NCBI GenBank assembly: GCA_004524445.1
Contig: SDNP01000006.1
Span: 1-64,000, forward strand
Direction of reading: 5' to 3'
From: Candidatus Thorarchaeota archaeon
Lineage (GTDB): Archaea; Asgardarchaeota; Thorarchaeia; Thorarchaeales; Thorarchaeaceae
DNA: 64,000 nucleotides
Part shown: positions 1 through 10,642 of the stretch, one piece after another
How the letters are laid out: each line of letters starts with the position of its first letter
Position numbering within the stretch: position 1 is the first letter of the stretch
Program-made: the position numbers and the translations under genes
The notes under the pieces: model-generated
Told to the model about the DNA's origin: nothing
Seen by the model: the letters and a program-made list of their open reading frames with translations, nothing else
The model's database searches: none

Positions 1-7
1 TGCTCGC

Positions 8-3000
8 TTGAACGGTCACCTATGGGTGTGTGGTTTTGACTACGACGAAACAACGAAGGAGTTCTATTACTCCGGTAACCACGAGTCCGATCTTACGACC
101 AACTCTTGGGGATGGATAACGACTCCCTTCAGCGAATTTGACTACTTGTCATTCACTTGGACAATACTATCAGTTCCAGACTACTTGGATGAAGACTATC
201 AAGGTGTACTTCATGTCTGTTCTGCAGGCAACGAGGGCGCTGGCTTCATGACAATTGGTCCTCCTGGTTCAAGTGCTGCAGCTCTTACTGTTGGTGCCTC
301 AACTGAGAGCCAATGGCTTGAGTACCTCTATGGTCCAACTCAACCCTACGAGGGTCCAGCAAGCTTCACCAGCAAGGGTCCTGCCTTCTCAGGATATGTC
401 AAACCAGACGTCATGGCTCCTGGCTCAGCAGGTTACTCTGCTAATCCATGGTATGGACAATACTTCCAGTCTTACTGGATGGATGGACCGTACTGGGGCG
501 CAATGGTGTACAATACTACCCTCTTCGGTGGTACTAGCCAAGCTGCACCCGTTGCAGCTGGTGTTGTTGCTTTGATGCTTGAAGCCCTTGAGGTGACTCT
601 TGGTAATCCATTCGAAGGTGATGCAAAGGCATCATCGCTGAAAGTGACCATACAAGGCACTGCTGATGACTTGGGTCTAGACCCAGCAACACAGGGCTTT
701 GGTAGAGTTAATGCAGAGGCTGCTGTTGACTTTATGTTAGGCAACGGCGGACTAGTTGGCTGGAATATGGACTCGTTCAACAATCTTGCCACGAGACTCG
801 ATCTCCCGTGGGCCAATTGGGGTTCTTTGAACCTTGGAAAGGCTGTTGATAATGAGAACTTCACCCATCCAAGAGATATTGGCGATAGCTCCTTGTACTT
901 CGGCATGATGATGCCTGGACAGACGGCTACAATCAATCACTCATTTTATGGTGACTGGACAGTCAATCATTTGGATGCTTCCTCAGGCTGGACAGAGAAC
1001 GCCTGGTGGATGAAGAAGGCCAAGATGTACACCTTTACAGGTACAACATTCTCATACAACGACACTGTTGTCTATGAGTGGCCAGACAGCCAGATGTACG
1101 GATGGTTCAACCTGCGTGATGAGATTGGTACTAGCGTCTATGACACAGATACAGGTGCCTACAACTATGTGACACTTGGTGTTTCATTTGACGCAGCCGA
1201 AGTTGCAGGTGCAGAACCATGGATGTTCCTATATGATTGGGACGACAGCGATGTTGACACCAATGACGGAATGCCCAACTTGTACAATAAGACAACAATG
1301 GAAGGCGACGAGCTCCATCGATTGACAAACGCCGGTGATCCAAGCAACACCAACATGATGTCTTGGGCATCGACCACGAATATTGATGCTGCACTAGCAG
1401 GAAATCTGACCCTTGTGATCCATGATCCAGTTCATGACACTAACATGACTGCACCTGGTCACGAGTTCACCTGTACAGTCATCTTCTGGGAAGAAGTTGC
1501 AGCTCCTGGTTTCACATTTGGAAAGGACGCTAGCGCTCCAGAAACCTATAACATCACTCTCGACACAACTGGTTGGGAAACTGGTATCCATCAGGGATAC
1601 ATGCAGTTCAGTGATGGCGTTGATACAGTAAAGGTTCCATGGAGTGTCAACATTGTAGCTAATCTCACAGGTGCAGCGACCGAAGTGCACACCATCGTTG
1701 ATGGTTGGGGTGCAAACCTCGAACCATACGACAGTGCAATGTACGGTTGCATGGGCGAGGACCCAGATGACTGGGACTTCCGAAGCTTTGCAATCTACAA
1801 CAAGCATGCGACAGCCAATTACCTTGGCGTACGTGTGATTTGGGAAGACACTGGCAACGATATGATGGTGGAGGTCCTTAATGCTAACACAACTGTCTTG
1901 GGTAGCAACGGCGGAGACACAGCAAAAACAACTGCTGTCATAGCCGAGCTTTCTGATCCAGTTGGGTATCACTACCTGATGTTGCATCCGACCGCACTGA
2001 ATGGTACAACAAGCCTACCAGTGAACTTCACTATCGAGGTCATGTGGTACGAGGAGCTCACAGATGAACCTGTGATCTTTACTTACACCACAGACGACAG
2101 AGATGGCACATTCAATCTTGGAGAAGGCGGCACCGCTTGGGGTGACCACGTGGTTGTCAATGCGACCTATCCAGAATTCGAGTTACCGAATCTGCCCGAA
2201 TATGAGGTCACATCTATCGAGATTGGCTTCCTGTCCGGTGTCTACTACGAGGAAACTGGCGACCTTGTCGTACCTGATTCCGGCTATGACCCATTCTCTG
2301 GAGCCATTGACACCTCTCAATTCGCTTGGGAGTACGTTCCTGGCATCAAGGATGGCGACGACGTCTACGTAGAGGTTGACTTTACGAACGGCGACTGTGA
2401 CGTCATGGCATGGTGGTACAGCATTGATGGCGAGATAGAGGACAACTCAACCTGGACATACGGCAACAACTTGCTAGGTGCTCAGACGGCCACAGGTGCT
2501 CATCCAGAGATTGGCGAATTCACAGCCAACTTCGATGGTGATGTAGCAACGCTGGCTGTTGGTGTCTTTGACTACGACCTACAGACTGGTCAATACACCG
2601 TAATCGTCGATACCCGTGTTGGTGTCTTCGAGGACGCTGTTGGCAGCACTGTGACCTATGATACCTATGACCTCGGTCGTAACGGTACCTTCCAGGTCAA
2701 GATCAGTGCTTGGACTGACACCAATGAGATGTTCATCGTCAACTACGCTGCCATCACATTCCAGAACTACTTCTCACCTGTTCTTTCGAACATTGAGGTA
2801 ACTGGAGCTGGTGCAGTCAAGACAATCACCTGGGACGCCAGTGACCTGAACGCTCAGGACACCCATGTATTCGAGGTCCTCATCTCTGATGATGGTGGAG
2901 AGACCTACCAGCTATTAGCTACTGGTCTCACTGAACTCTCGTATCAATGGGACTCAACTGGCTTCGAGATCAACAATTACACTGCCCTCATACGTGTGAC

Positions 3001-3202
3001 TGACTCATACGGACTCACCGACTCAATCGAGTCTGAGGAGTTTGAGGCAGGTACTGTTGAACCACCTGAACCCACAGAACCAACCGGTCCTACAGACGGC
3101 GGATTATTTGAGGACATTGATCCATTGATTCTAGGTCTTATTGCCGGTGTTGGCGTTGGTGTTGTCGTAGTACTCATTCTCTTCCTCGTGAAGAGACGGT
3201 AG
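8..3202 (+). CDS. Large membrane-anchored subtilisin-like (S8) serine protease, 5'-truncated by the window edge
   Basis: Oxyanion motif SAGNEG, KPDVMAPG and catalytic Ser motif GTSQAAP. Long acidic beta-rich C-terminal region, P/T/E linker, C-terminal TM helix ending KRR. The catalytic Asp/His lie upstream of the window. Confidence 0.9.
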   Translation: MNGHLWVCGFDYDETTKEFYYSGNHESDLTTNSWGWITTPFSEFDYLSFTWTILSVPDYLDEDYQGVLHVCSAGNEGAGFMTIGPPGSSAAALTVGASTESQWLEYLYGPTQPYEGPASFTSKGPAFSGYVKPDVMAPGSAGYSANPWYGQYFQSYWMDGPYWGAMVYNTTLFGGTSQAAPVAAGVVALMLEALEVTLGNPFEGDAKASSLKVTIQGTADDLGLDPATQGFGRVNAEAAVDFMLGNGGLVGWNMDSFNNLATRLDLPWANWGSLNLGKAVDNENFTHPRDIGDSSLYFGMMMPGQTATINHSFYGDWTVNHLDASSGWTENAWWMKKAKMYTFTGTTFSYNDTVVYEWPDSQMYGWFNLRDEIGTSVYDTDTGAYNYVTLGVSFDAAEVAGAEPWMFLYDWDDSDVDTNDGMPNLYNKTTMEGDELHRLTNAGDPSNTNMMSWASTTNIDAALAGNLTLVIHDPVHDTNMTAPGHEFTCTVIFWEEVAAPGFTFGKDASAPETYNITLDTTGWETGIHQGYMQFSDGVDTVKVPWSVNIVANLTGAATEVHTIVDGWGANLEPYDSAMYGCMGEDPDDWDFRSFAIYNKHATANYLGVRVIWEDTGNDMMVEVLNANTTVLGSNGGDTAKTTAVIAELSDPVGYHYLMLHPTALNGTTSLPVNFTIEVMWYEELTDEPVIFTYTTDDRDGTFNLGEGGTAWGDHVVVNATYPEFELPNLPEYEVTSIEIGFLSGVYYEETGDLVVPDSGYDPFSGAIDTSQFAWEYVPGIKDGDDVYVEVDFTNGDCDVMAWWYSIDGEIEDNSTWTYGNNLLGAQTATGAHPEIGEFTANFDGDVATLAVGVFDYDLQTGQYTVIVDTRVGVFEDAVGSTVTYDTYDLGRNGTFQVKISAWTDTNEMFIVNYAAITFQNYFSPVLSNIEVTGAGAVKTITWDASDLNAQDTHVFEVLISDDGGETYQLLATGLTELSYQWDSTGFEINNYTALIRVTDSYGLTDSIESEEFEAGTVEPPEPTEPTGPTDGGLFEDIDPLILGLIAGVGVGVVVVLILFLVKRR

Positions 3203-3217
3203 AACTAGCAGTTTAAT

Positions 3218-3250
3218 GGGGACTTCTGTCCCCTATCCCTTTCTTTTTTT
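3218..3250 (+). terminator. Hairpin + U-tract terminator after the S8 protease gene
   Basis: GGGGAC-ttct-GTCCCC followed by TATCCCTTTCTTTTTTT. Confidence 0.6.
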
Positions 3251-3376
3251 GTAAAATATCTGAACTCAATAAGTATCCGATTCTAGATGGTGAAACTGTT
3301 TTAATGGACTAATTTCTGTCTTGTCGATGATTACACTGGAAATGATAGAAGTACCAAATCAGCACGAACTCGGTTT

Positions 3377-3934
3377 CTATATTGCTGATTCTATTTCCCC
3401 AAATCTATCCTCGACGACTACTTCTGATGGGGCTTTTCTAGGCCTTGGACTGGGACTTTCATCGGGCACGCCAATGGGTATCATTGAAACAGGTTTGAAT
3501 CCATCAGGTGCGGATATTGCATTAGCAGCTGCTTCGTCATCAAAGGCCCCTACCCAGCAACCTCCATAGCCCATTGCATGCGCAGTAAGCAGTAGAGTAT
3601 ATGTTAACGCTGCGGTATCCTGATATGCGTAGAGAGACCTGCCCCTCTGTCCATATTTCTCAGCAGATTCACTGGGCACTGCAACAATGACAAGAACTGC
3701 GGGTGCAGTCTTGACGACACTCTGACCATAAGCTGCATCAGCAAGTGTCTTGATTTGGTCCTCACTGGTTGTTTTGACAATTCTCCATGGCTGCAAATTG
3801 CCAGCAGAGGGCGCCCAGAGTCCAGTACGTATTAATTCATCAATCACATCATCTGGAATTTTCTCATCTTTGAATTTTCTAATAGAACGCCGATTCGCGA
3901 TTTGGTCAATACAATTGCCTTCAGTCATTATCAA
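3377..3934 (-). CDS. Nitroreductase family protein
   Basis: RRSIRKF, APSAGNLQPW and GGCWVGAF motifs. Confidence 0.92.
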   Translation of the reverse strand: MIMTEGNCIDQIANRRSIRKFKDEKIPDDVIDELIRTGLWAPSAGNLQPWRIVKTTSEDQIKTLADAAYGQSVVKTAPAVLVIVAVPSESAEKYGQRGRSLYAYQDTAALTYTLLLTAHAMGYGGCWVGAFDDEAAANAISAPDGFKPVSMIPIGVPDESPSPRPRKAPSEVVVEDRFGEIESAI

Positions 3935-4913
3935 TTACCTCTCTATTTACAAGGTTTGGTGGCTTATCACCCTTTAGTCCAGCGACAAGATTCTCTGCAC
4001 AGATAATTCCCATTTTTGACCTGGTATCAATGCTTGCGCTGCCAATATGCGGAGCGACCACGACATTATTCAGAGATAGAAGTGGGTTGTCTTCTTGAGT
4101 TGGTTCCTCCTCAAAGACATCAAGACCTGCACCCCAAATCTCACCATTTTGAAGGGCCCAAATTAAAGACTCCTCATCAACAACAGCTCCTCTAGATGTG
4201 TTGATGAGAATTGCACTCTTCTTCATTGAGAAGAGCTCATCCTTGCCAATCATTCCCTCCGTCTGTTCATTCAGAGGTACATGCATTGATATGATGTCTG
4301 ATTCGCTGAGCAAATGACCTAGGGGAACACTTCTCCCTCCAAGCTCATCATCAACTTCATCCGTATAGTGGTTTCTTGACCGTGTGTGGTACAATATCTC
4401 CATGTCAAATCCCTTTGCTCGTCGAGCCACTGCAGATCCAATCCTGCCTAGTCCAATAATCCCCAGGGTCTTTCCGTGAATATCTTGCCCAGTCAATAGA
4501 CTCGGACCCCATGCAACTTTCCAGTTTCCCCCGCGAACATAAGAATCGGCCTCAACCAATCTGCGAGCGGTGGCCATGATTAATGCCCATGCCAAGTCTG
4601 CAGTTGTGTCAGTTAGAACTCCGGGGGTATTAGTAACCATAATGCCTCTTTCGGTTGCAGCTTGCACGTCAATATTGTCATATCCTACCGCGTACTGTGA
4701 TACTATCTTTAAGTTTGGTAACTCATCCATAAGCGCAGCATCGATAGGGTCCGAAAGCAGGCTTATTAGACCAGTGCAATTCCTGGCTCTGCTGGCAATT
4801 TCATCTCTGTCTGGAGGGAATTTATTATCCCAAACATCTACCTCAAACTTCTCCCGGACCATTTGGATGCCACTGCCAGGTATTGCTCTGGTAACAAAGA
4901 CGCTGTGCTTCAC
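3921..4913 (-). CDS. gyaR: Glyoxylate reductase / D-glycerate dehydrogenase (D-2-hydroxyacid dehydrogenase)
   Basis: AVGYDNID, NTPGVL, GLGRIG, INTSRG, LDVFEEEP and PHIGSA motifs. Confidence 0.85.
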   Translation of the reverse strand: MKHSVFVTRAIPGSGIQMVREKFEVDVWDNKFPPDRDEIASRARNCTGLISLLSDPIDAALMDELPNLKIVSQYAVGYDNIDVQAATERGIMVTNTPGVLTDTTADLAWALIMATARRLVEADSYVRGGNWKVAWGPSLLTGQDIHGKTLGIIGLGRIGSAVARRAKGFDMEILYHTRSRNHYTDEVDDELGGRSVPLGHLLSESDIISMHVPLNEQTEGMIGKDELFSMKKSAILINTSRGAVVDEESLIWALQNGEIWGAGLDVFEEEPTQEDNPLLSLNNVVVAPHIGSASIDTRSKMGIICAENLVAGLKGDKPPNLVNREVIDND

Positions 4914-5132
4914 TCATCATTCCTCTTCTAATGCAACTTACTTGACAGATAATATTGCTCTTTCCATTGCCACAAACATTTATCTGGGTACGATTTATTC
5001 TTTAAGCAACGAAGAATCGAAGGGCTCAATATCGGGTAAGTACTCAATAGCGAGAAAACATGCGGTGAACCGTTTGCTTATATTGAATCCCAGCAAAAAT
5101 ACTCAGTAAGGCAAATATGGTCCTATTAGTGG

Positions 5133-5417
5133 GTGATGAAGGTGAAAATGTCTAATTTCGAACTACCACGCAGTGCAGTCATTGTCCTAGATCGTTTAAC
5201 AGATGAAGGGCCAATGACACCAAAAGACCTAAGCAAGAAAGTAGACCTTGCACCGCGAACAGTTTCCTTTGCCCTGAGAAAACTGCTGGGACAGAAATTG
5301 TGCAAGAAGATTCCAAACCTTCGAGATATGCGCCAACCTCTCTACCTTGCTGATGCAGAAAAGGCTAAGGAGCTGCGGATGAAATACGAACATGTATTTC
5401 GGCAGATCCTGATCTAA
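5133..5417 (+). CDS. Small winged-helix (MarR-like) transcriptional regulator
   Basis: GPMTPKDLSKKVDLAPRTVSFALRKL helix-turn-helix and DMRQPLY wing. Confidence 0.75.
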   Translation: MMKVKMSNFELPRSAVIVLDRLTDEGPMTPKDLSKKVDLAPRTVSFALRKLLGQKLCKKIPNLRDMRQPLYLADAEKAKELRMKYEHVFRQILI

Positions 5418-5530
5418 GCTCGTCTAGATTATTGATTTGGTCGCCTGAATTAGTTCCTTTTCATGATTCTTGCGACTTCCGGTTTCTTTTCCCAATACTG
5501 TTTTATTCTCATACGGGTTAATCCTCAATT

Positions 5531-5734
5531 GTGGCAATAATGGCTCATGAAGGATTGTCTGCTTTCCTAGCTACCCTCGGCGCGTTGCTCATACTTTCAT
5601 TTTACCTGGGTCCAGGAAAAGAAATTAGGAAAGTTAAGAGAATTGAAGGAAAAATCATGCTTCTTCCCACGGGAGTACTCCTTCTAGTCATCGCTGTGAT
5701 TGTTTTCTCAGGAATTCTGAACAACGCCCCTTAG
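5531..5734 (+). CDS. Small two-TM membrane protein
   Basis: Two hydrophobic helices separated by a basic loop. Confidence 0.55.
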   Translation: MAIMAHEGLSAFLATLGALLILSFYLGPGKEIRKVKRIEGKIMLLPTGVLLLVIAVIVFSGILNNAP

Positions 5735-6702
5735 CTACTGAAGACATCCTGAACTAGCTTGCAAAAAATCCCTGCAGATAGGAAATCTGCGGTTGAACCG
5801 GGATTCATTAGATTTCCGTGTCTTCTAAGAATGCTGTCCAGACTATTGATAGCATAAGTGAGTTCTAGTTCCTCTCTCTCAGCAAGTAATGATTGAGCAA
5901 GCTCCTGAATCTTCTTTGCGGTCTCTAAACCAGCTTTCTTAATAATCAGTCCATCTGGTTTTTTTGCTAATAGCCATATGTATGTCTTTACTATTGCCTC
6001 TTCTATATCATCAAGATTACTGGAATGTGTTTCTAATTTTGGCAGAATTTCATTAAGAATCAGATTGAAGTAATTTGACCACTCTTCACATATTGAATCA
6101 ACTTTAGCTGAGGACTTGAAGAGGTCCCCCAGAGCTATTTGGTCTTTTCGAATATTATCAAAAACATTGGGATTATCGATATCGAATCTGCTATGAAATT
6201 CGTTCCACCTAGCAGTCGATTTGTGTTCTTCACCGGAATGATGTATTCTATTCAGTGCGTGATAAACCTGCAGTGTGTCTTCAACAGTGGTTGAGTCAAT
6301 GATTTCCTTTATCCATGATTGAGCTGGCCGTGCGTTGAAGATCTCAGATTCTGATATGGTGGCTGAAATAGCTACCGAGAGAGGGATGTAAAGCAAAATA
6401 GTACCCATGATGGTATTGCTGAAGTTCGGCCCTCCAAATACCTGCTCAGCACTTTGGTGAATCAGTCTTCCGAGATATACCTGGTCAGCGTCTATCTCAT
6501 TGAGTCCTAGTCGCCAGCCTATTGTTGACGAATCGAAGAGGCCTTTATTGAATAATGAGGCGCTTGCTAGAAAATGTCTGTAAGAAGTGTCTGAAAAGCT
6601 CTGCATCCGATTTACATTGCCTGGCTTAGGGGAGCTCACTTCTAGAAGAATGGATAATTGTCCCAAACTACATATTTTCCAAGGAACATAATTGACATCC
6701 AT
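5731..6702 (-). CDS. citG: CitG-family (triphosphoribosyl-dephospho-CoA synthase-like) protein
   Basis: LLEVSSPKPGNV, NTIMG and NPGSTAD motifs of archaeal CitG. The start may be 6702 or 6726. Confidence 0.8.
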   Translation of the reverse strand: MDVNYVPWKICSLGQLSILLEVSSPKPGNVNRMQSFSDTSYRHFLASASLFNKGLFDSSTIGWRLGLNEIDADQVYLGRLIHQSAEQVFGGPNFSNTIMGTILLYIPLSVAISATISESEIFNARPAQSWIKEIIDSTTVEDTLQVYHALNRIHHSGEEHKSTARWNEFHSRFDIDNPNVFDNIRKDQIALGDLFKSSAKVDSICEEWSNYFNLILNEILPKLETHSSNLDDIEEAIVKTYIWLLAKKPDGLIIKKAGLETAKKIQELAQSLLAEREELELTYAINSLDSILRRHGNLMNPGSTADFLSAGIFCKLVQDVFSS

Positions 6703-6774
6703 GGTTTTTTCCTCTCGATATTTCATGAAAGCTATGACTTGGTAATCCTAATTAGGTAGGAAAGAAAATTAGCG

Positions 6775-7116
6775 GTGAGCACAATGAGTATCTCAGCGCG
6801 TCTTACTTTCTCACAGGTCGGCCTTCTGGTTTCAATATTTGTATATTTGATTGTACGAGGCTTTTTTGTTGTTTTGAACATTGGGTTTCTCTGGACGCAG
6901 GCTGGTGGCTTTCTTAGTATTGCTTTTCCCATAATTCCAACAATGGTTCTTGGGTTTGCTGGGTGTGTGGTTTCATACGGTTATTCTTATCTGGGCCTCT
7001 GGCTAATGGACCAAGAACAATTTCTGCTTGGCGCTATCTCCATGTTTGGTGGTGTTATTTTGGTTCCCGGAGGGTTAGCCGCATATTCTTGGTTTTTCTT
7101 TCCAGTAGCTACTTGA
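6775..7116 (+). CDS. Hypothetical membrane protein (about 3 TM)
   Basis: Strongly hydrophobic ORF filling the gap between citG and the sirtuin gene. Confidence 0.5.
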   Translation: MSTMSISARLTFSQVGLLVSIFVYLIVRGFFVVLNIGFLWTQAGGFLSIAFPIIPTMVLGFAGCVVSYGYSYLGLWLMDQEQFLLGAISMFGGVILVPGGLAAYSWFFFPVAT

Positions 7117-7858
7117 CCTGAACAATCTTTGGCAGGATATCTGCCGCTCTTCCCTGAAGAACGATATCTGCGACATCATTTCTGTTTGTCCCCTCCAGAT
7201 TGACCAGAATCACTTTGGCTCCTGAATTCTTGGCTACTTGTGGAAGAAAAGCGGCAGGATAGATGGATAGACTCGTCCCAATCACCAGCATCAAATCACT
7301 ATTTCGACAGATTTCTATTGCTTTGCTCATTGCCTTTTCGGGAAGAGGTTCTCCAAATAAGACCGCATCAGATTTTAAGATGCCTTTACATTTGTCACAC
7401 TTCGGGGGTATGCTGCCCTCTGCGACCCGCTTCTGGATTGATTTACCTACGTACTCTTCCCCGCACTCCATGCAGTATGCTACCAGGTAATTTCCATGCA
7501 ATTCTATAACTTTCTCATTTCCGGCGGATTGATGCAAATTGTCAATATTCTGTGTGATTACTCCAACCAGCTTATCCTGCTGCTCCAATTCTGCCAATGC
7601 AGTGTGAGCCTCATTGGGCTCGGCGGCAAGAATGACTTCTGCGAGCTCTTTTCCCATGGTCCAGAATTTCGATGGGTCTTTCAGAAAGCTCTCATATGTA
7701 GCGTACTCGTTGGGATCATACCGTGTCCATAGACCTCCCTCAGACCGGAAGTCGGGTATTCCCGAATCAACGCTGATTCCAGCACCCGTAAATGCCGCGA
7801 TTCTCTGTGAATCTTGTACAAGTTTTCTTGCCTCTTCGATATCTTCTTCATGTGGCAT
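7109..7858 (-). CDS. cobB: NAD-dependent protein deacylase (Sir2/CobB)
   Basis: TGAGIS, GIPDFR, ITQNIDNLH, ELHG, two CxxC pairs, IGTSL. Confidence 0.95.
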   Translation of the reverse strand: MPHEEDIEEARKLVQDSQRIAAFTGAGISVDSGIPDFRSEGGLWTRYDPNEYATYESFLKDPSKFWTMGKELAEVILAAEPNEAHTALAELEQQDKLVGVITQNIDNLHQSAGNEKVIELHGNYLVAYCMECGEEYVGKSIQKRVAEGSIPPKCDKCKGILKSDAVLFGEPLPEKAMSKAIEICRNSDLMLVIGTSLSIYPAAFLPQVAKNSGAKVILVNLEGTNRNDVADIVLQGRAADILPKIVQVK

Positions 7859-8124
7859 AATACTCCATCCTTGATGTCCAAGATACATTTCATTTTTGGT
7901 CTATATTAAGTGAACGAGATATGCAAGGAAATACGATTGACACATTATGACCAATCCTAAAACAACTGTGTCGAAAGGTTTTTTTAAAATTCTTCAAATT
8001 CACGAACACGAGTCACTGAGGGCCACCCAACAGCATCACAATGTGGCCTTTCCGAAAACAAGTTTCGGACACTTCTATACGTGCTACAGATTGGTCATTC
8101 ACCTGAAGGTAGCGTGGGAAAGAC

Positions 8125-8733
8125 ATGTCAAAAAATAAGGAAAACAATCAGAATTCAGAAGATATCTCAGTGGATTTTGAGGATGAACCTGAAGTCATAG
8201 AACTGACACCAGAGAATGAAATAGAAACTAGACTTGAATCTGCACTGAAGCGGTCTGAAGATCTATTTGAGAAACTTCGGCGCCTACAGGCAGACTATGA
8301 CAATTATAGAAAAAGAATGACGGAACGGTTCGAAGAGGTAAATAGATTCGCCTCCGAGGGCATTGTTCTGCGTTTACTGGATGTTTACGACAATCTGGAA
8401 CGGGCAATGCATGTAGATTTCAGTGCAAATCCTGATTCAGCTAAAGATGGCGTAAAGGCTATTTACAAACAGCTGGACAAGCTACTGAAGAAAGAAGAAG
8501 TAAGACCAATTGAGTCTATTGGCAAAGAGTTTGACCCCTATTACCAACATGCCGTGAGTTCTACCCATGATCCGGAAAAGCCCGACAATCAAGTGATTGA
8601 AGAACTCCAGAAGGGCTATATGATTAGAGAGAAAGTTCTTCGCCCTGCGCTGGTGGTTGTTAATAGGCATAAGGACTGTTCACAAGATGATGATACAGAG
8701 GAAAGTAATTCACAAGGAGAAGATGGTGAGTAA
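8125..8733 (+). CDS. grpE: Nucleotide exchange factor GrpE
   Basis: [30 protein letters not shown]; first gene of grpE-dnaK-dnaJ. Confidence 0.95.
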   Translation: MSKNKENNQNSEDISVDFEDEPEVIELTPENEIETRLESALKRSEDLFEKLRRLQADYDNYRKRMTERFEEVNRFASEGIVLRLLDVYDNLERAMHVDFSANPDSAKDGVKAIYKQLDKLLKKEEVRPIESIGKEFDPYYQHAVSSTHDPEKPDNQVIEELQKGYMIREKVLRPALVVVNRHKDCSQDDDTEESNSQGEDGE

Positions 8734-8735
8734 TA

Positions 8736-10631
8736 ATGAGTAAAGTTGTTGGCATAGATTTGGGTACGACAAATAGCGGCATAGCCTACATGGAAGGTGG
8801 GAAACCCACTATTATTCCAAATGCAGAGGGAAAGAGATTGACGCCTTCAGTTGTTGGCATAACCCAGAAAGGGGAAATTGTAGTTGGGGAACTGGCAAAG
8901 CGACAAGCGGTTTCCATGCCCGAACGAACCATACGATCCATTAAGCGAAAGATGGGTCAAGACTACACAGTTAAAATAGACGAAAAGGAATACACCCCTC
9001 AAGAAATTTCTGCCATGATTCTGACCAAATTGAAGAATGATGCGGAGTCATTCCTTGGGGAGGAAATAAAGCAGGCTGTAATTACCGTTCCTGCATATTT
9101 CAATGATAGTCAGCGACAAGCCACAAAGGATGCAGGCAAAATTGCAGGATTAGAAGTTCTTAGAATTGTCAACGAGCCAACAGCATCAACCTTGGCATAT
9201 GGCTTAGAAAAGGGTGAGGAGCTCAAGGTACTGGTGTATGATTTGGGTGGTGGGACTTTCGATGTTTCAATTCTCGACATTGGAGAAGATGTCTATGAGG
9301 TACTATCAACAAGTGGCAATACTCAGCTCGGCGGAGATGACTGGGACCAGCGGATAATCGATTGGGTTGTGAAGCAGTTTGAGAATGAAACTGGAATCGA
9401 TATAACCAAGGATCTATCAGCCATGCAACGGATCCGAGATGCTGCAGAGCAAGCGAAGATTGAGCTCTCGACAGTCAAGGAAACCAACATCAATTTGCCG
9501 TATATCACCGCGGATGAGTCTGGTCCTAAGAATATTGACCTGGACCTAACTCGATCAAAATTCGAGCAGATGACAGAGGACTTGGTGCAATCCACAATCG
9601 GTCCCATTAGACAGGCTCTGAGCGATGCAAAAATGGAGGCCGAAGATGTGGACAAAATCCTGCTTGTCGGGGGTGCGACACGCATGCCAATGGTACAAAA
9701 CACTGTCAGAGCCATCTTTGGTCAGGAGGGAGATAAGAGCATCAATCCTGATGAATGCGTAGCAATAGGTGCCGCCGTTCAGGCAGGGGTTCTATCTGGA
9801 GAAACAAAAGACATTCTTCTGCTAGACGTGACTCCCTTGACCCTCGGAATTGAAACCCTTCATGGGGCGGTCACTCCCCTCATTGAAAGGAATACTACTG
9901 TCCCTACAAAGAAGAGCAAAGTATTCACGACAGCTGCAGATAATCAAACCGCGGTAGAGATTCATGTTGTGCAGGGCGAGAGACCAATGGCAGAGCAAAA
10001 TACCACTTTAGGTAGGTTTCAGCTTGTGGGTATTCCCCCAGCACCGAGAGGGGTGCCTCAAGTAGAGGTTACATTTGATATCAATGCAGATGGCATTGTA
10101 AATGTGACAGCAAAGGACAAGGCAACCGGCAATGAGCAGTCCATTACCATCACTGCTACCACTAATCTAACAGATGAAGATGTTGAGCAGATGGTTAAAG
10201 AAGCAGAGAAATATGCTGAAGAAGATGCCAAAAGAAAAGCCCAGATTGAAATGAAAAATAAAGCTGACGGTATGATATACCAGGGCGAGAAGCTCGTACG
10301 AGACTTGGGCGATAAAATTCCTGACGATCTTAAGAAAGAACTTGAAACCAAATCCAAAGCACTGCAAGATATGCTTGATGCAGAAGACTTTGAGAAAATG
10401 GAGTCAGCAACGGAAGATCTCCAGCAAGTTATCTTCAAGATTTCAGAGAAGGTCTATGGCGGTCAAGGACCTCAACAAGGTGGATTTGACCCAAGCCAAA
10501 TGGGATTTGATCCTTCTCAGATGGGTGCCACAGGTCATTCTGGCACGGCAGGTCAAGGAGGTCAAAGTCAGGGAAAGAAAGAGCCCGATGATGAAGATGT
10601 TGTCGATGTCGACTTTGAAGATTTAGATTAA
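8736..10631 (+). CDS. dnaK: Chaperone DnaK (Hsp70)
   Basis: [25 protein letters not shown] and LLLDVTPL motifs. Confidence 0.98.
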   Translation: MSKVVGIDLGTTNSGIAYMEGGKPTIIPNAEGKRLTPSVVGITQKGEIVVGELAKRQAVSMPERTIRSIKRKMGQDYTVKIDEKEYTPQEISAMILTKLKNDAESFLGEEIKQAVITVPAYFNDSQRQATKDAGKIAGLEVLRIVNEPTASTLAYGLEKGEELKVLVYDLGGGTFDVSILDIGEDVYEVLSTSGNTQLGGDDWDQRIIDWVVKQFENETGIDITKDLSAMQRIRDAAEQAKIELSTVKETNINLPYITADESGPKNIDLDLTRSKFEQMTEDLVQSTIGPIRQALSDAKMEAEDVDKILLVGGATRMPMVQNTVRAIFGQEGDKSINPDECVAIGAAVQAGVLSGETKDILLLDVTPLTLGIETLHGAVTPLIERNTTVPTKKSKVFTTAADNQTAVEIHVVQGERPMAEQNTTLGRFQLVGIPPAPRGVPQVEVTFDINADGIVNVTAKDKATGNEQSITITATTNLTDEDVEQMVKEAEKYAEEDAKRKAQIEMKNKADGMIYQGEKLVRDLGDKIPDDLKKELETKSKALQDMLDAEDFEKMESATEDLQQVIFKISEKVYGGQGPQQGGFDPSQMGFDPSQMGATGHSGTAGQGGQSQGKKEPDDEDVVDVDFEDLD

Positions 10632-10642
10632 GCAGCTGATGG

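Noticed and set aside
7890-8124. CIRCE/HrcA control of the dnaK operon
   Set aside because: TTAGCACTC-N9-GAGTGCTAA is not present and there is no hrcA gene adjacent.
10480-10525. Tandem repeat GFDPSQM x2 in the DnaK tail
   Set aside because: Ordinary low-complexity variation in the disordered Hsp70 C-terminus.
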